A stretch of DNA of 64,000 nt from Ascidiella aspersa (taxonomy: Eukaryota): assembly GCA_963924565.1 (NCBI GenBank), contig OZ004612.1, positions 9,362,001 through 9,426,000 of the forward strand, in the 5' to 3' direction. The notes beneath the pieces are model-generated. The model was given only the letters and a program-made list of their open reading frames with translations. It did not search any database and was not told the origin of the DNA. The translations under genes and the position numbers were made by a program. Below are positions 37,975 through 51,400 of the stretch, one piece after another (position 1 is the stretch's first letter; each line of letters begins with the position of its first letter).

Positions 37975-40505
37975 CCTTAAAGTTTTTCGCGTTACATTTT
38001 TAATATTAAACCCGCAAAATCTTATACATGTTTGCGATGAAAACCCCTTCTTCCCTTCCGCGTCTATTGTAACCAGTTCTTAATACAACTAAGGAGAGCC
38101 GCTTGTCAGGTAATGCGTTCACCATTCTTGTAGAACCACAGGCTCTTCACTACACGGAAATGATATTTCTAAACTGACCTAACACTTGATTGTGCTATAC
38201 ATTTGCGACCCTACGTCGACCCTTTAACCAATGTGCAGCGCAGTACACATTGATAAGCCAAATGAGTCAGAATCTGTGGAAACAACAATGTATGGGATAA
38301 AGACAAAGAGCAGAGGGCTGCAATATAACCGTGTGGCAAACCGCTTCGACACACTTTCCTGAATGCAAGAAAGGCCTTGGGATAAAGCTCTTCCGGCGTA
38401 GACGACTCACAGGTCGGGATAAGGTGACAACTGCTGTGAGCTTTTCGAGAAGGAAGTTTAACATTAAACCCAGTAGCCATTTTTTTATCCGAGAACAACC
38501 GAAAACAAAGTTAGTTAAGATTTATCTTTTTAACCCCCTTCCTTCTTGGATTTATCATAATGCACAACAGCATATTATTAAAAATTTTTGGTTTTCAACA
38601 CATTGCTGGTAGTTTTCCATTAGAATAGGATGCTTGAAAATTTATATTCGTGGTTTTACAAAGTTAAGTCACTCCTGCAGGGTACAGGGTATAACTATCA
38701 CAATCATGTTAGTTTAAGTTTAGCTGAAATTTGGCATGCCAGAAATGCGTTTGTTTATTGAATTGAGCATTGAGAATGATCCCAGACTATACCGCTATAA
38801 GTACGTGCGAGATAGGCGTCCACAGCTGCACCATGGCCAACAACAAAATGCCAAAACACCGCGCGCATTCAACATCAATAACCGAGCCTCTGGCCAAGTT
38901 GTTTACTTCCGCTGTCGAGATAGACAAACGACGGATTGCAGGCCGGCGGTCCCCCACCCCCCAACACTTACCCCCCGCCCCTCAACTGGTGCTGGCATCT
39001 GCGTGTACGCAATTAGAGCTTCCTGCCTGCGCGCGCGACTGTCCAGGGCAACAATGCATCGCGCGCATTTCAGGCGCCGCAGAACGTAAGGCCAGCATGC
39101 CTAGCGCCAGGAAATGACGCAGTTCGACGAGAAAACTTGTTGACAGCACAACTTTTACGTTTGTTTGTTTGTTCTGCTTGGAAGGGCGCGCGCTGGCGAA
39201 ATTCGCGCGATTTTCGACTCGTCATGATATCTGACCCTCCCCCCCTAAACCTCGCGACCTCCACCATGCTACGGTGACGTCATGTAGACGTAACAATTGG
39301 ACGTTTGCCATATAAGTCACCTTGCGCAATGGACAGGCTTACGTAATGTTATTGAATTGCATATATTTTAAAAATTGTTTGTAGTCCGTGTTTTCGTGAT
39401 TGTGAATAACACTCAACATTTGAATAACACAGAAAAAAAAAACTACTACCTAATAATAAACTTCGTTAGAGGCGTCTACCAATAATAATCGCCAATAATG
39501 TTTTATTCAACAACCATTGTGCATTATAAATAAAGTCGCTGTTAAGTGTTAACAATTGCGTAATTATGATTCTGTTCAAGCGGACTTCAGATGTAATACA
39601 GTTTTTTAGGCCGCCGACCAGTTTAGTTTTAATTATTACGGGTTAAATAGTTATTCCTAAACACTAAGTTAATGTGAATTAAACAAGTTCAGGTTTTCGC
39701 TTAAACTTTGATATCCATTTTTTTTTTTACTAATTTTTGGAAATGCGTTTTCTTAAACTAAATATCTTCCCAGACAAAAAGGGTAGAATTTTACTTACAC
39801 GTAGTCAACTACGCGCAACTGCGTTTTTAAAAAGCGAACCAAGTCTAACTCTTTAGCTCCGTCTGGCGGAAACCGAATAACAACATCGCCGAGAAAAAGT
39901 TGGCGCGCCGCTGCCTGGCAGTATACCACAGGTCGCTTCTGCGAAACGCAACACCCGGGGCCGACGCGTGCCAGTAGGCATCGGTGCTTCCAGTTAAAGC
40001 TTGACATTTGGCGAACCCTAGTCAAACTAAAGGTCCTTTAGCGTCTACGCCCGGGCCTAGCCTAGCAGGGCAGTTTGTGAAAGCGATGATGGTATGCTTT
40101 TGCTATTGCTAACTGGGCGGTGATGACGGCGATGATCTGTCGGGCCGCGGTTAGATGCAAATCAGCAATCAAACTCTATTCGTCATTAATCGACTTTCTC
40201 GCACGCGAGCACCGCAGTAAAGTGACAGCTCTGGCTGGCTCGGACCCCATCCCTGTATGATTATACGTTCTCTGGCTTGCGCCCTCGTTTCAGCACCAGC
40301 GCGAATTGGCAAAGGGCACCGCCGCGAATGTAAATCGTTGTCGTTTCGGCGTGATTGACGGCGCGCCAACTGGGGTCATGCTCCCCATTGAAACTAACGA
40401 GCAAAGTCCCCCGTTTTTAACGCTTTTGGAATAGAGATAGTATACTTTGGAGATCTGGATTGGTGCACACCATTTGTATACGTTGATTGGCATGTTATGT
40501 ATAGA

Positions 40506-40820
40506 TAGGTCTGGATTGAACAGCAAAATAAGCACGTGCTTAGGGCATCCGGGGAAGGGGGCACCATAAAACAATTATTGTCGGATTTACATTTTTATAC
40601 TTGTATTACCCTAATCATTTTTAAGATACCACTTAAAGCAAATGAAGCATAAATTCATAATTTAAACACATGTTTTTGAAACTAATATTTACAGTTGTTA
40701 TATAGTTCAGTTTTGTTTTAATTTTTTATTTCCTTGTTTTATATTTTCGAATTCCCGATATATTTGGTGTAACACAATCTTGTAAGTGCTTAAGGCACCT
40801 CATAGGTTAATCCGACCCGG
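40506..40820. mobile_element. Degenerate MITE
   Basis: Imperfect ends TAGGTCTGGATT / AATCCGACCCGG, repeated subterminal GTGCTTA(G/A)GGCA, AT-rich core. TSD only partial. Confidence 0.45.
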
Positions 40821-41280
40821 TACATAGACATTGATTTTCTATTTTTAGGCCACAACTTAGTCGATATAATAGAGCAATAACTGATACCTAAGTTGCCACA
40901 ATAATACAAAAAAATCAACCAATATCGTAGCGGGCACATCGCGGGGTATAGCACAACTATACAAAAACGGTCTTTTGACCAAAGATTTTCGAGCGCTAGA
41001 GACTTGGAACGGTATTACTCTGTTACCTCAAAACATCTTCGACAGAAAACGTCGAATGCAAACCTGTTCGGCCGCCTAAGCGCATCGCTGGTGTCGGTTA
41101 TTGCAAAGGTGCACATGAGAAGTCCTGTCAAAGCGACAGATGTTGAACCGACGGCAGCGGACGAGCACGCAGGCCATCCGCTAAAACGCTCCAGCGAATC
41201 GGCAAGAGCCCGTGACCGCCACCCTGTGCCTTGCGTCTAATAGTCGTGCCTCCATCACACTTTTATTTGCTGCGAGTTAG

Positions 41281-41860
41281 TTTAACGATTTAGCTGTAAT
41301 GACCGCCATTACTTGCTTAACCGATAAAGAAATGTGATAGAAATCTTGGAAAACCCTCTCTGTTATTTGGTGGTAAGTCTTGCTTGCTTTAAAGTTGATG
41401 GAAAGTCTTGATTGGACTACATGTTTTAACGATTTCGTTGTGATGGCCGAAATCAATTGCTCAACGGATTAGGAAGTGTTATGAAAGCTTTGGAAACCAC
41501 CCTCTTTTAAATTAAAAGTCTCGCAACACAACCCCCCTTTTCACCAGAGATGTTCAAAAATCCGATAAACAATACTTGATTTATATTGCGTTTGTCAATG
41601 ACTGGCCGCTTTTAAATCAAACAAACGCTTTTAAATCAAATATGCTTCGAAAATGTCCTGCAAAAGGATGAAGTAAAGTTCCACTACAATGATATTTGCC
41701 GCGAGTTGTTGATTGGACTGATTTAACGATTTCGTTCTTATGACCGCAATCAATTGCTTAACGGACTAAGAAATATACTGGAAAACCTTGGAAACCACCC
41801 TCTTTTAAATCAGTAGAAAGTCTCACAACACAGCCCCCCTTTCCACCAAAGATGGTCAAA
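41281..41860. repeat. Three diverged direct repeats (~80-150 bp)
   Basis: Units at ~41281, 41410 and 41711 share tttaacgattt...ttgct(t/c)aac...ttggaaa. Units 2 and 3 also share ccaccctcttttaaat...aaagtctc.caacaca. Confidence 0.8.
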
Positions 41861-44667
41861 TGTTGATTGACCATCAGGCCGAAATGAATTTGCGTCTGAG
41901 CTTTTAGTGTTTACGAGGGTTTCTGTTTTAAATGACTTGTCACAGTTAGAGCGTTTCGACGATTGCCGCGTTACGGAGTTCCGCCTCGACTTTGCCACGG
42001 CCTTTTGCATTTTTTGGTGTGAATTGATTGCAATTGATGACGAGCGCAGTTTACAAAACGAGTGCTTTATGGGGGTCGATGTTCTTTAATGGTGGGGCGG
42101 GGTTTGGGTGGGGTCACCGTGGGTTCGTCTTGCGCTTTGTCACAGTTTTGCGCTGGGCTAAAATGGGCGCATAGGGTGTTATGATTAAACAGGCGCCAAC
42201 CGCTTAGGTTTTTCGGAACGTGCGAGACAGATGGCCGTTTAAAGTTCGCCGCTTTACCAGTCCTTCGCAGAAGCGCGCAGGTCGTTTAGCAGAAAACGCG
42301 CTCATAAGTCATCATCATCATCATCAGCTGATGTCTGTGTCTGTGGCAAGCCCGATTAAAGCCCGAACCGTCCTGTGGCAAATCATGGACGTCATTTGCT
42401 CTTTGCAGCCCAACACAGGCACAACTCGATATAGTAGATACTTTTAATGTCTCTGACACGATTCGAAAAATGATACCCGTTATCATTGTAAGAGGTGATG
42501 ATTACAAGCGATATCAAAATGATAGGTTTACAAGCGGTGTTGGTTACATTTCATAATTATTGGATTGTTATATATCTCCACAAGCAAAATTAGGTGTCAG
42601 TTGATTAGATGGCCACTCTTTGACCTATTGCTGGCTCCTACCACCTGGTTTCTCATTATTGGTATTTATGTTTGTGTACAAGTTAAAAAGGGTACGGTGA
42701 TACCATTTCACCTGGCGCACTTTAATATATTGGTCCCTACAATGCGTGATCCTAACCAAACTAAATGGTGTTAGCTTGCTAAGAGCCGTTAACTGGTTAA
42801 AAATGAAAAAATGATACAACCTTTGGTATAAAAAGGCCATAATTTTTCTCGTTTTACTTTTTTACATTCCATATGACTCCGATTAAATTCTTTTTTATAT
42901 TTGATTTGTCTGGAGAAGTTTAACCTGTTTAGGTAGTTTTGTTAAAAATAACAATTATGTGACTGATTTTAAAACTGATACATTTTTTTAAGGACTATAG
43001 CAGTTTCACGCTAGAACTCATTACAGTACAACAATGGCTAATACACGACCTTGGATAGCAACAAGTTAAATACATATATATATATATATATTGTTATTCA
43101 TCATAAATCAATCTTATCGGCTCACACGTCTGTTTCTCGAAATAACGGGTATTAGTATTACAAGCAGAACAAATTGAGTGTCGGACATCCCTGGCTTTTC
43201 TAGGATGGATTTTTTAAATGTGTGCCACGTAACACTAGTGATGTCTAGAAAAATTAGTAAGTATGCTTATGCAGCGAAACATTTTGTAATTTCCAAGTGA
43301 GCTATTAGTATTGCAAAAAGGCAAGCATGCATGTAAAACTTACGAGAATCCATTTAATATTATGATATTAATTATTGTGTATTAAGGAAAATCGTCAAGC
43401 CATGATATTATTGAATTGTAAAATATGCCGTGCATTATTGTTTGATTTTCTTACTGTCCTGCAAGCTGAAAAAAGTTTGATAACCGCTGCGGAAAAGGTC
43501 ACCAATGTAAAACGCTTGAACCTAGCCAACCTCATTCGCTGAACAATGAAATGTACACCAAACCCTAAATAAAATATGTAACGTAACAAGACTTTTCTAA
43601 AGTAGGTTTAGAGGGCGTGTATTATCGGGCGCGGCCTGCACATCAATGGAGGTGGTTTGCGTGTCGGCCTTGCCCATCGTTAAAACGTGACCAGCTTGAG
43701 TTTTATTCGGTGCGCCAACCCGTTTACAACGCGCCGGGTATCTTGTAAGTCGTGTTAGTTTAATTGCTATATGTGTTTCGCGGCTACTCGACAAAGACAG
43801 ATCGTCTAAGTGTGCGCCTTATTCTAGTGTCTTGCCCTTTATTCCAGCTAAGATTTTTAAGATAATTTTAACGCACAAAAAGCCCAAAGTTTCATATTTA
43901 AATACAGCACGAAAGGGCGTTTTAGTCGGTATCTTTTTATAGCAAAAATCACATTGAAAGCTCGCTAAAAAATTGACGTTGTGACGTGACGCATTTAATT
44001 CTGTGAATTGCCGATTAAAACTAAAACAAACATTGCATCAAGGGGCATTTCGACAGTCGCTAAATATATAGCTTCAAATCTATTTTATCCGCCGTATTAA
44101 TAGGTGACTTTTTCTTCAACTATGTGTCGCCAAGGCAGGCGATTGTGGTAGCGGCGGAAGTTGGTCTAGTAACTTCCAGCACCGAAGCTGCCCAAACCAA
44201 AACAGCAACCGCCAGAAGCAATCACAACATTCAAAGCAGGGCTGGCGCTTTTCTGCGAAAGCAAAACAAAAGCGCCCGCGTCTCTGCGCGCGAAGCTCGA
44301 AGGAAACTTTGCGCAATTTATCGTCGCGTTGTTAATCAATCAAAAATCCGAGTTAGGCCCTTCTCTTTGCGTCTTATACGCACAGAAAAAAATGGCGTTT
44401 CTCGCTGTCGCCCTGGATGCTGGCGGAGGTCTGTGTCTGTTTGGAAGACCCAAATCCCTCGAAGGATCAGCAAACTAAGGCTGTCGGAAGCGTCACATCC
44501 GTTGTGCTAAACATACGCGGGCTGAACCGGCAACTACCGTCATGAGGAGATACTGTGAACAGAAATTAAATCAAATATTGCACCATACATTAAGGACTGT
44601 AAAATACAAAATATAAATCGGTTTTCCCGCAAATTTTATGAAATAGACTTCAATACCCACTCTTTCC

Positions 44668-44689
44668 CAAAGAGATTATAATCTCTTTG
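44668..44689. repeat. 22-bp perfect palindrome flanked by an 8-bp direct repeat
   Basis: CTCTTTCC-[CAAAGAGATTA|TAATCTCTTTG]-CTCTTTCC. Confidence 0.9.
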
Positions 44690-45852
44690 CTCTTTCCGCA
44701 TATTTTAAAACAAGATTTCTATGTTGACAGTAAAGACTGCTTAGAGACTAAAACCGCACCACGTGACTTTTACCAGCATTTGGCAATTTGTAGGTACCGG
44801 TATGCTGCTTTTTTAACGTTTCCCTACAACAAACATTGACCACCGTCGGTTGCAAAAACAATCTACTGCAATTTTTACGCGCAATCTGCTGAGCCTTGTG
44901 ATAAACCAATACGTTTTTTGTCATGTTTGGTTCAGCTGGTAAAAGTTCAAACCTTGAAAGCTTAACGCGAAGTCAGAAACCTCAAGTTGACCCAAGGATA
45001 AAATGGACTCTGTAGTTTGCTGGGGATACGTCCTGAAAGTTTTTTTATGTGTTTCAGTTGCACAAACTCAACAATACGAGTAAAATCCTAACAGAAATGA
45101 AAATAAACGACTAAAACCTAATAAAATAAAATATTTACTCTTCGTAGCAAATTTCGATGGTAACCAATATGCAAATCGCTGCTTTGTAAATATCCTGCAA
45201 CGTTTTAAGAACAAAAATTATGTTCTATTAGCGCAAAATACACACATTCTGCAACCTTGTACCTTGTACATTCCACATTTTACGAGTTGGGGCACCAGTT
45301 GAAGTCGTATCACATTCTTTTTGGCTTCATACAATAAGGTTGACATTTAAGACTTACCAGTAAATTCCAATCTATTCACAGACTTTGATTCAAAACGTTT
45401 ATGTTTTTTATTAGAGTAGATTTGAGATGAGCGGTATGTCAAACGATTTTTAAGCGAGACTAACTGTGCCGTAGTTTAACTTCAGCGCTACCAACCTGAT
45501 AAATCGCTACTGTGGTAAAGGTTTCACGGCGTATCTGTCATAATAAGAACAGGTAGAAGATGTAGGCAAGATTCAGAAGGATATGGTTAGATCTGAAAGC
45601 GATTTCTGTCTGTCTGTAATTTTTTGCTCTATGTTACTCGGGTTTACCCTGGGTCCTACAATTCTAAGTTCAAAGTAGTCACAACAACCGGCTGCGAGAG
45701 TTTGTAGCGAGAATAGAAGGGGAAAACGGGACTTCACCCGGATTGCGGCGGTTTATTTTCGCGAAGACCCACCCGACCCATTCAGTTTATGTTTCAATAG
45801 AACTCACCAGAACAGAGGGTTATGTAACCTGGATGATTTGTTATCAATTCCG

Positions 45853-46335
45853 CAGTGTTTGTCGGTATGACTTGATTCTCAGTAAAAAACGTTTGAATAA
45901 ATAAGCAGTCAAGTCGCGGTCCAAGTCATAAGTCACCAGGCACAGTCAAGTCGTACAGTCACATTCAAAGTCCAGGCACAGTCAAGTCGTACAGTCACAT
46001 TTAAAGTTGTCAACTCCAATCATAAATCGCGTTAAGTTTTTAAAATTGGTAAACTCGTCCAAATAATTAGCATTAAGTTAACCCAAAATCACGAAAACTC
46101 CACATATAGCCAGCAAATTATTTTTTGTGCAACAATTAAAACAAATAACTTAATTCATTAAAACATGCTTCACGAAAACCTGTTATTTTAACTGTAATAA
46201 TGTGCCCCATAAAAATCACTATATGATCCCACCTAAAAGGTATGTTTACTGCACCACAGTGATGTTCCCCACAGTATCAAATTGCCATAACCACAAAAGA
46301 CCACATTGTTGCCTTCAAGTCACGACTACATATTC
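45853..46335. mobile_element. Degenerate AGTCAAGTC-rich element, possibly related to the 8023 family
   Basis: Starts CAGTGTTTG and has multiple AGTCAAGTC motifs (reverse complement of GACTTGACT). Contains a 36-bp tandem duplication at 45936-46007. Confidence 0.4.
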
Positions 46336-48339
46336 CATCTAAAGTTACCAAATTGGCCACCACTTAATACTAGTATTGCAACATACTCTGAACCCGTTTG
46401 CATTCCAGTTAATGCCCGCCAAGATCTTTGCCAGACAATACTTGCCAAAAATATCACGCTACTTAGGTCATATGATTAGGTGTCGCGCCAGAATAGTGAT
46501 ATTAGAACAGATTTTTGTCGCACATTCATGCGGAAATTTAGCAGAACATTCTTGGTCAATTATTTGGACGTAAATCTGTAGCGGCTTAAAGTTATGAGGT
46601 TTAAACTCTGATGAGACTGTGATGTTACAGAATTGGATTTGAGGAGATTTGCTTTTTGTGGTTCCTACTTTTAGGGTTGCTTTACGGTTTTGCGTCTTTC
46701 TTTCTTGACAACATAAACCTGATTGGTAAACTTTTGGGATAATCCTATTGGCTGAAAGACAACACAGGAAGCCATGACGATTCACCGAACCATGACGATG
46801 CGTTTTTTCGCTTGGCACCAAAAAAGGGGGGCAGCGTAAAATTATGCAAATTATTGAAATAAATCAACTTTCTCGCAAGGATGCCCTATAAAAATCCAAT
46901 TAGCAAGACGCCAGTCGACTTTCCATAGAGAGGCCGCACGCGAACTCCTTTTAAGGAAAGCAAAGCGTACCGTTTTGCAGTCCAACTGTGCCGAGGTCGC
47001 CGGGTTTCGGGTTTGAACTTTAAAACCGAGATTTCGATTTGGCGCCATACTGCGCCCTTGCGTTGCAGTGAACCAATTAGAACCCAAAGCACCAGTCACC
47101 AGTCAGAGTAGTGATTATAAATGCCACGTAAAGTGATGTTTGCAATGCTTAGAATGTAGTTAAACCTTCCCCTAAGTTATGCAAAGTTGTTGAATGTTTA
47201 CAATTTCGTTCATCATGAAATTACAGTAAACCGCTCGACGCAAGTGCCGGTGAGGGGAGCACAATGTATAAAATATATGTAAATGTCTCAAAATTATTAA
47301 ATTGTAATGGATAGAGCGTATTTCAGCCTAAAAAGCTTGCGTGTATGCTATTGGTAATACAAATACTCTCTGGAATCACTGCTTTACCCGTTGCTCTTTG
47401 CGTGCAAAATTCTAACTTCAGAAGAGAAGTCAACTGCCGTAAAACAATAAGGTTGAGAACCAGTAAGTATAAGATAACCCAAAACAGGCGTATTTTGCCT
47501 TTAGCGCTAAACCTCGCTACGTCACTTCCTGCCGGCGATCGCGCGCGTCTTTTTTCAGAGGAAGCGTTTTCAAAGTATAGTTTCTAGGAGAAAAACAACA
47601 GGAATCGCCCGCAGCAATCGCCAAGTCATCTCTCGGGAGTAACTGACATTTCCGGCCGTCTGCTGGGATGATGATGATGATAATGATGTAAGACGCTGGT
47701 GGTCGAAACAATTGTATTTCCGAGAGCGCCTTCTCGTTTTGCCAGCAGCCGCGTTTAGCCTTAAAAGTTAAACTCCGTATACCCGCCCGCCTCTGTCTGG
47801 GGATGCTCGCACGTCAAATTTGTTGCGACACTGGTCGCGTCATTTTTGGCCAGCAGCTCGGTCGCACCAAGATCGTTTTTATCCTATGTTGTAATTTGTT
47901 TTGCCAGTTCACAAACTATACACGATGCATGTTGCGGTGGGAGTTTTGGTGCTCGTTTTGCTAAATTCCCGCGCAATTTTAACGTTATACCCCGCGAATC
48001 ATCACGCTTTATTTGGTTGTGCATCAAAGAAATGAAATAAATTCCAGTGTGTAGGATCTAAATAGTGTTTTATTTTGGAGTTTAATACTTCAGGACAATA
48101 AGAATTTTAGGGAAATTTTGCCAATACCTTGTAAATGCAATAGCGACGAGACAATTAACCCTAACCCAGCTTTTTTTGCATGCGCAGTAATACTTTCTAT
48201 TTTTGCACTCACCAAACACCAACAAGATTCGCAAATAAAAATAAGGCGTGATTCAGGCTCTGAGCAATCGGAAACCTTCTATCCTCGGCCCAAAAATCAT
48301 AAACAAATGCGCGGCGACAGCGAAAGGCCAACCCTGGGC

Positions 48340-48470
48340 GCAGCCAATCAGGACCGGTGCCGAGGGATGACTGGGCCTGGATGGCCTGTGACGTCACCCC
48401 TACTGCGAGGGCCCGATTGGCCCGCGCCCAAGATAATTTTGGTTGCGAGAAAACCTTAGGGCTTCCGGTT
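48340..48470. promoter_or_regulatory. Promoter/enhancer-like motif cluster
   Basis: AGCCAATCAG, TGACGTCA (48389-48396), GATTGG and CTTCCGG within ~130 bp of GC-rich sequence in an AT-rich background. Confidence 0.45.
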
Positions 48471-51400
48471 GAGATGAGACACACGCAAGTACGATGTTGT
48501 TGCTTAAGTGTGTTTCGCTGCAGAAAGGGAGTTTTTCTTGTTTGCAGATTCGGCTGCTTTCGTTTTCGCTATAACTTTAAAGTATTTTAAAAGAAGAAGA
48601 TACCTTATGGTCCTTTATCCAACAATTCCACTTATATACTTCACGAATAATTTTGTTCATTATTTAAACCACAATAACTCTTATGGTATTTCTACCAACA
48701 ATTCCGCCAAATTTCTTATTACGATTAAATTCGTTTTTTGACTTAAAAACTAAGCCGAATATCAAAATTGCTAGCAAGTTTTAAATTGTCCCCAATAAAC
48801 AGTCTTCAAATTATTTGAGATAGGAGGGGTGATACCCGGTATACCAGGTTGTCGCATCTGCAATGATCCGATATTAGACTGATATCGATACCCCACCAGA
48901 TGTGAAATTATGCTGTTCGTTTTAGCCGTGGAAAGTAAACCATAGCAACGAGTTTTAATCGTAAGATATTTTACCGGCAAGCTCATTTTAACAAAGTTGA
49001 GGATTTATTTCGAACGATATTGATCTGTGCGCTGTTTGAACTAATTTTAAACCATTTCGCTCATCTCGCCTTGTCGTAACGCATAAAACGGTTTCGGATG
49101 GCACTTGACAACGTACACCCAAGATCGTGCATCACCTAGTTTCCAAAACGAAATATTAACTTGCGGCAAAGCGCTGCAGTTGCAACGAACGTGGCTACGG
49201 TCATATTTCGAGAAGCAAAGCAAGCGGTACTATCAGCTTTGCCCTTCATTTTTTACCAAAGAACTCGTAATTTGGTAAACGCAATCAGCACAAGCCGAAA
49301 AGCCAAAACGCATTCGAATACATAACTAACTAGTGTAAGGACTGTGCAAACCGTAAATTTATTTAAAGATTGGCTCTATACTGAGTATAGAGAAACTCCA
49401 AAATCGAAGGAGCGTTCATTCATTCTGTCAATTTAATATTTTAGTTGTTGACGCAGGACACTAAAAATATAAATATATGAAAGACTTTATATAGGACGTT
49501 TTGAATCAATATATAGCACAATTAATTTACATTTCGATAAAATAGAATTCGTAAAAAAGGAGTTTTTATGGTTGTAAAACGTGTAATCCTTTTTACTGCA
49601 TTTTCGTCGGCACAATAAACTAACGTTTTAAAACCAGAGTAACTTCAAATTCTACCGAATTAGACTGAGGTCAATCTCGGACAAAAGCACTATTAGGCCA
49701 AGATTTTTTTTCGGTTGGCGTGACCTGAATTTTATGATTGCGAAGCGGGACCTGTCGGGTTAGGGAAGGATCGTGCCCACGTCAGGCAACGTTTCGTCGA
49801 TTAAACGCCAGCCGCCATTCAAAAATTAAAGGCCAACGCCGCGATTCGTGCCTTCACGAAATAAGGTCAAAAAAATATTGAGCACGCGCATAAACGTCGG
49901 AAAGGTCGTTTCGGGTTTTCACGATTGGAGTCTGGGTGGACAACAAAGCTGTGTGTGCGACTACGAACCAGTTTTGTTGAATAATGTGTTTTTGCTAACG
50001 ACTCGCCGCGCTGACAAGTAATGACGTAAGCAAAACATTTAGCATGTTTTACTGAATTTAGAGTGTACGAGAGCGGCGCATTAAAATCAAGCCGAAACAT
50101 GATCCGCAAATTGACAGCTCCGGCAAAATAGAATCAGTGGTTTTATATTAAAAAAAACAGAAGCTTTATGAATTACTAAAAAACAAGATGTGTTCCATGT
50201 TTAACTACCAATGTTTGGGTTTTCACCGATAATGTAACGATTTTCGACAGCAGGGAAATTCTCGGAACCAATTTAACGATTAGTTTTATTTTTTGAAACT
50301 TTGAATTCAATTTTGTCTTGCTTGTGTTAGCTGAGGAACTATCGTGCGACGGATGAAATTATCTTCATTTTGAACGAATTCAAATGTTTTTGTCTCCGAC
50401 AAGTTGAGTCCTATTGCCATATTTTAAATTAAAACCGTTGAAATAAAACCCAGGGGTGGAAGGGTTGTTTGGTTATAGAGCACGAACCATTCAGGTTAAA
50501 AACGGCTGTAAAACTTGTTTTGCACATACCGATAACCGGGAGCTTTGCCAAAGGTAGAAGGGATTTCTTGAAAACGCACGAACTATCAAAGGTAAAAACT
50601 GCTATAAATACTGTATTTTATCGGTAACTTGGTTTGCGCATATTCAAAAGCCGTGCACTTCGCTAGGACAAAAGGCGCTGTGTAATAGCGACTTGTTTTA
50701 TCGCTAAAGCAGCTCGACATCTGTGCTTACTCCAGCGCCAGGAAATAGTCTCAAGGCGCGCCTTCAGCCGCCAAAACTTTAACGCTTCCGCTTAACGCAA
50801 TGGCGACAGCGGCAGGATTCGGCACAGAACAAGCGCGCCCTGTTGTCGCTTTTTATTTCGCGCGGAATGCAAACAAAACGCTGACAGGTTACTGATCACT
50901 TACGTTTCCTGTGAGATGCAATTTGTTCCGGCTTGGCGCAAGGAATGTGCGACGGCCTCTTTAGCTTCTTCCTCTAACTTCTCCTGCGAAGCTCCTTTTT
51001 TTGCCTGACGGCGACGCCCAAACGACGATGCTGCAATGGACCAAAAAATAAGGCCATTATAGTCTAACTATAGTTATTAAGCAAAAAAACGCAAAATGAG
51101 AGTTAACTTTTTATGGATTCTTTGTATTTCTTAAGCCCATAATCAACAATACCGATTTCGGATTTTTCTATGTGTTTCTTGTCACATTCTTTGAATACAT
51201 TTTCGATACTATATTCTGATTTGATTACGAAGATTTACAGCTTTTGATACGAAGATTTACAGCTAAGTAAAAAAACATTTTTCCCTTTTAGTTTTAATGT
51301 CAAATTATTAAAATGTATTACTTTTTTAATTGGCCTATATTTGTATCTTAAGAAATTTGTTTGGCGAAGCGTCGTATTATTGATAAAAAGCGTTGTATGC

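Noticed and set aside
13621-40848. MEF2-like sites (13621, 30611, 40839) and extra CArG matches (9510, 35298, 54681)
   Set aside because: These AT-rich motifs are expected by chance at this base composition and lack supporting context.
41281-41860. Repeat-spacer appearance suggestive of a CRISPR array
   Set aside because: The units are long, diverged and irregularly spaced, the context is eukaryotic, and there are no cas genes.
46600-46640. CTGATGA plus a short stem resembling a hammerhead ribozyme core
   Set aside because: The required GAAA and stems I/III are missing. The other CTGATGA hits (586, 34646) also fail.
49374-49392. CTCTATACT-G-AGTATAGAG inverted repeat
   Set aside because: It is short, has no flanking duplication and is compatible with chance.
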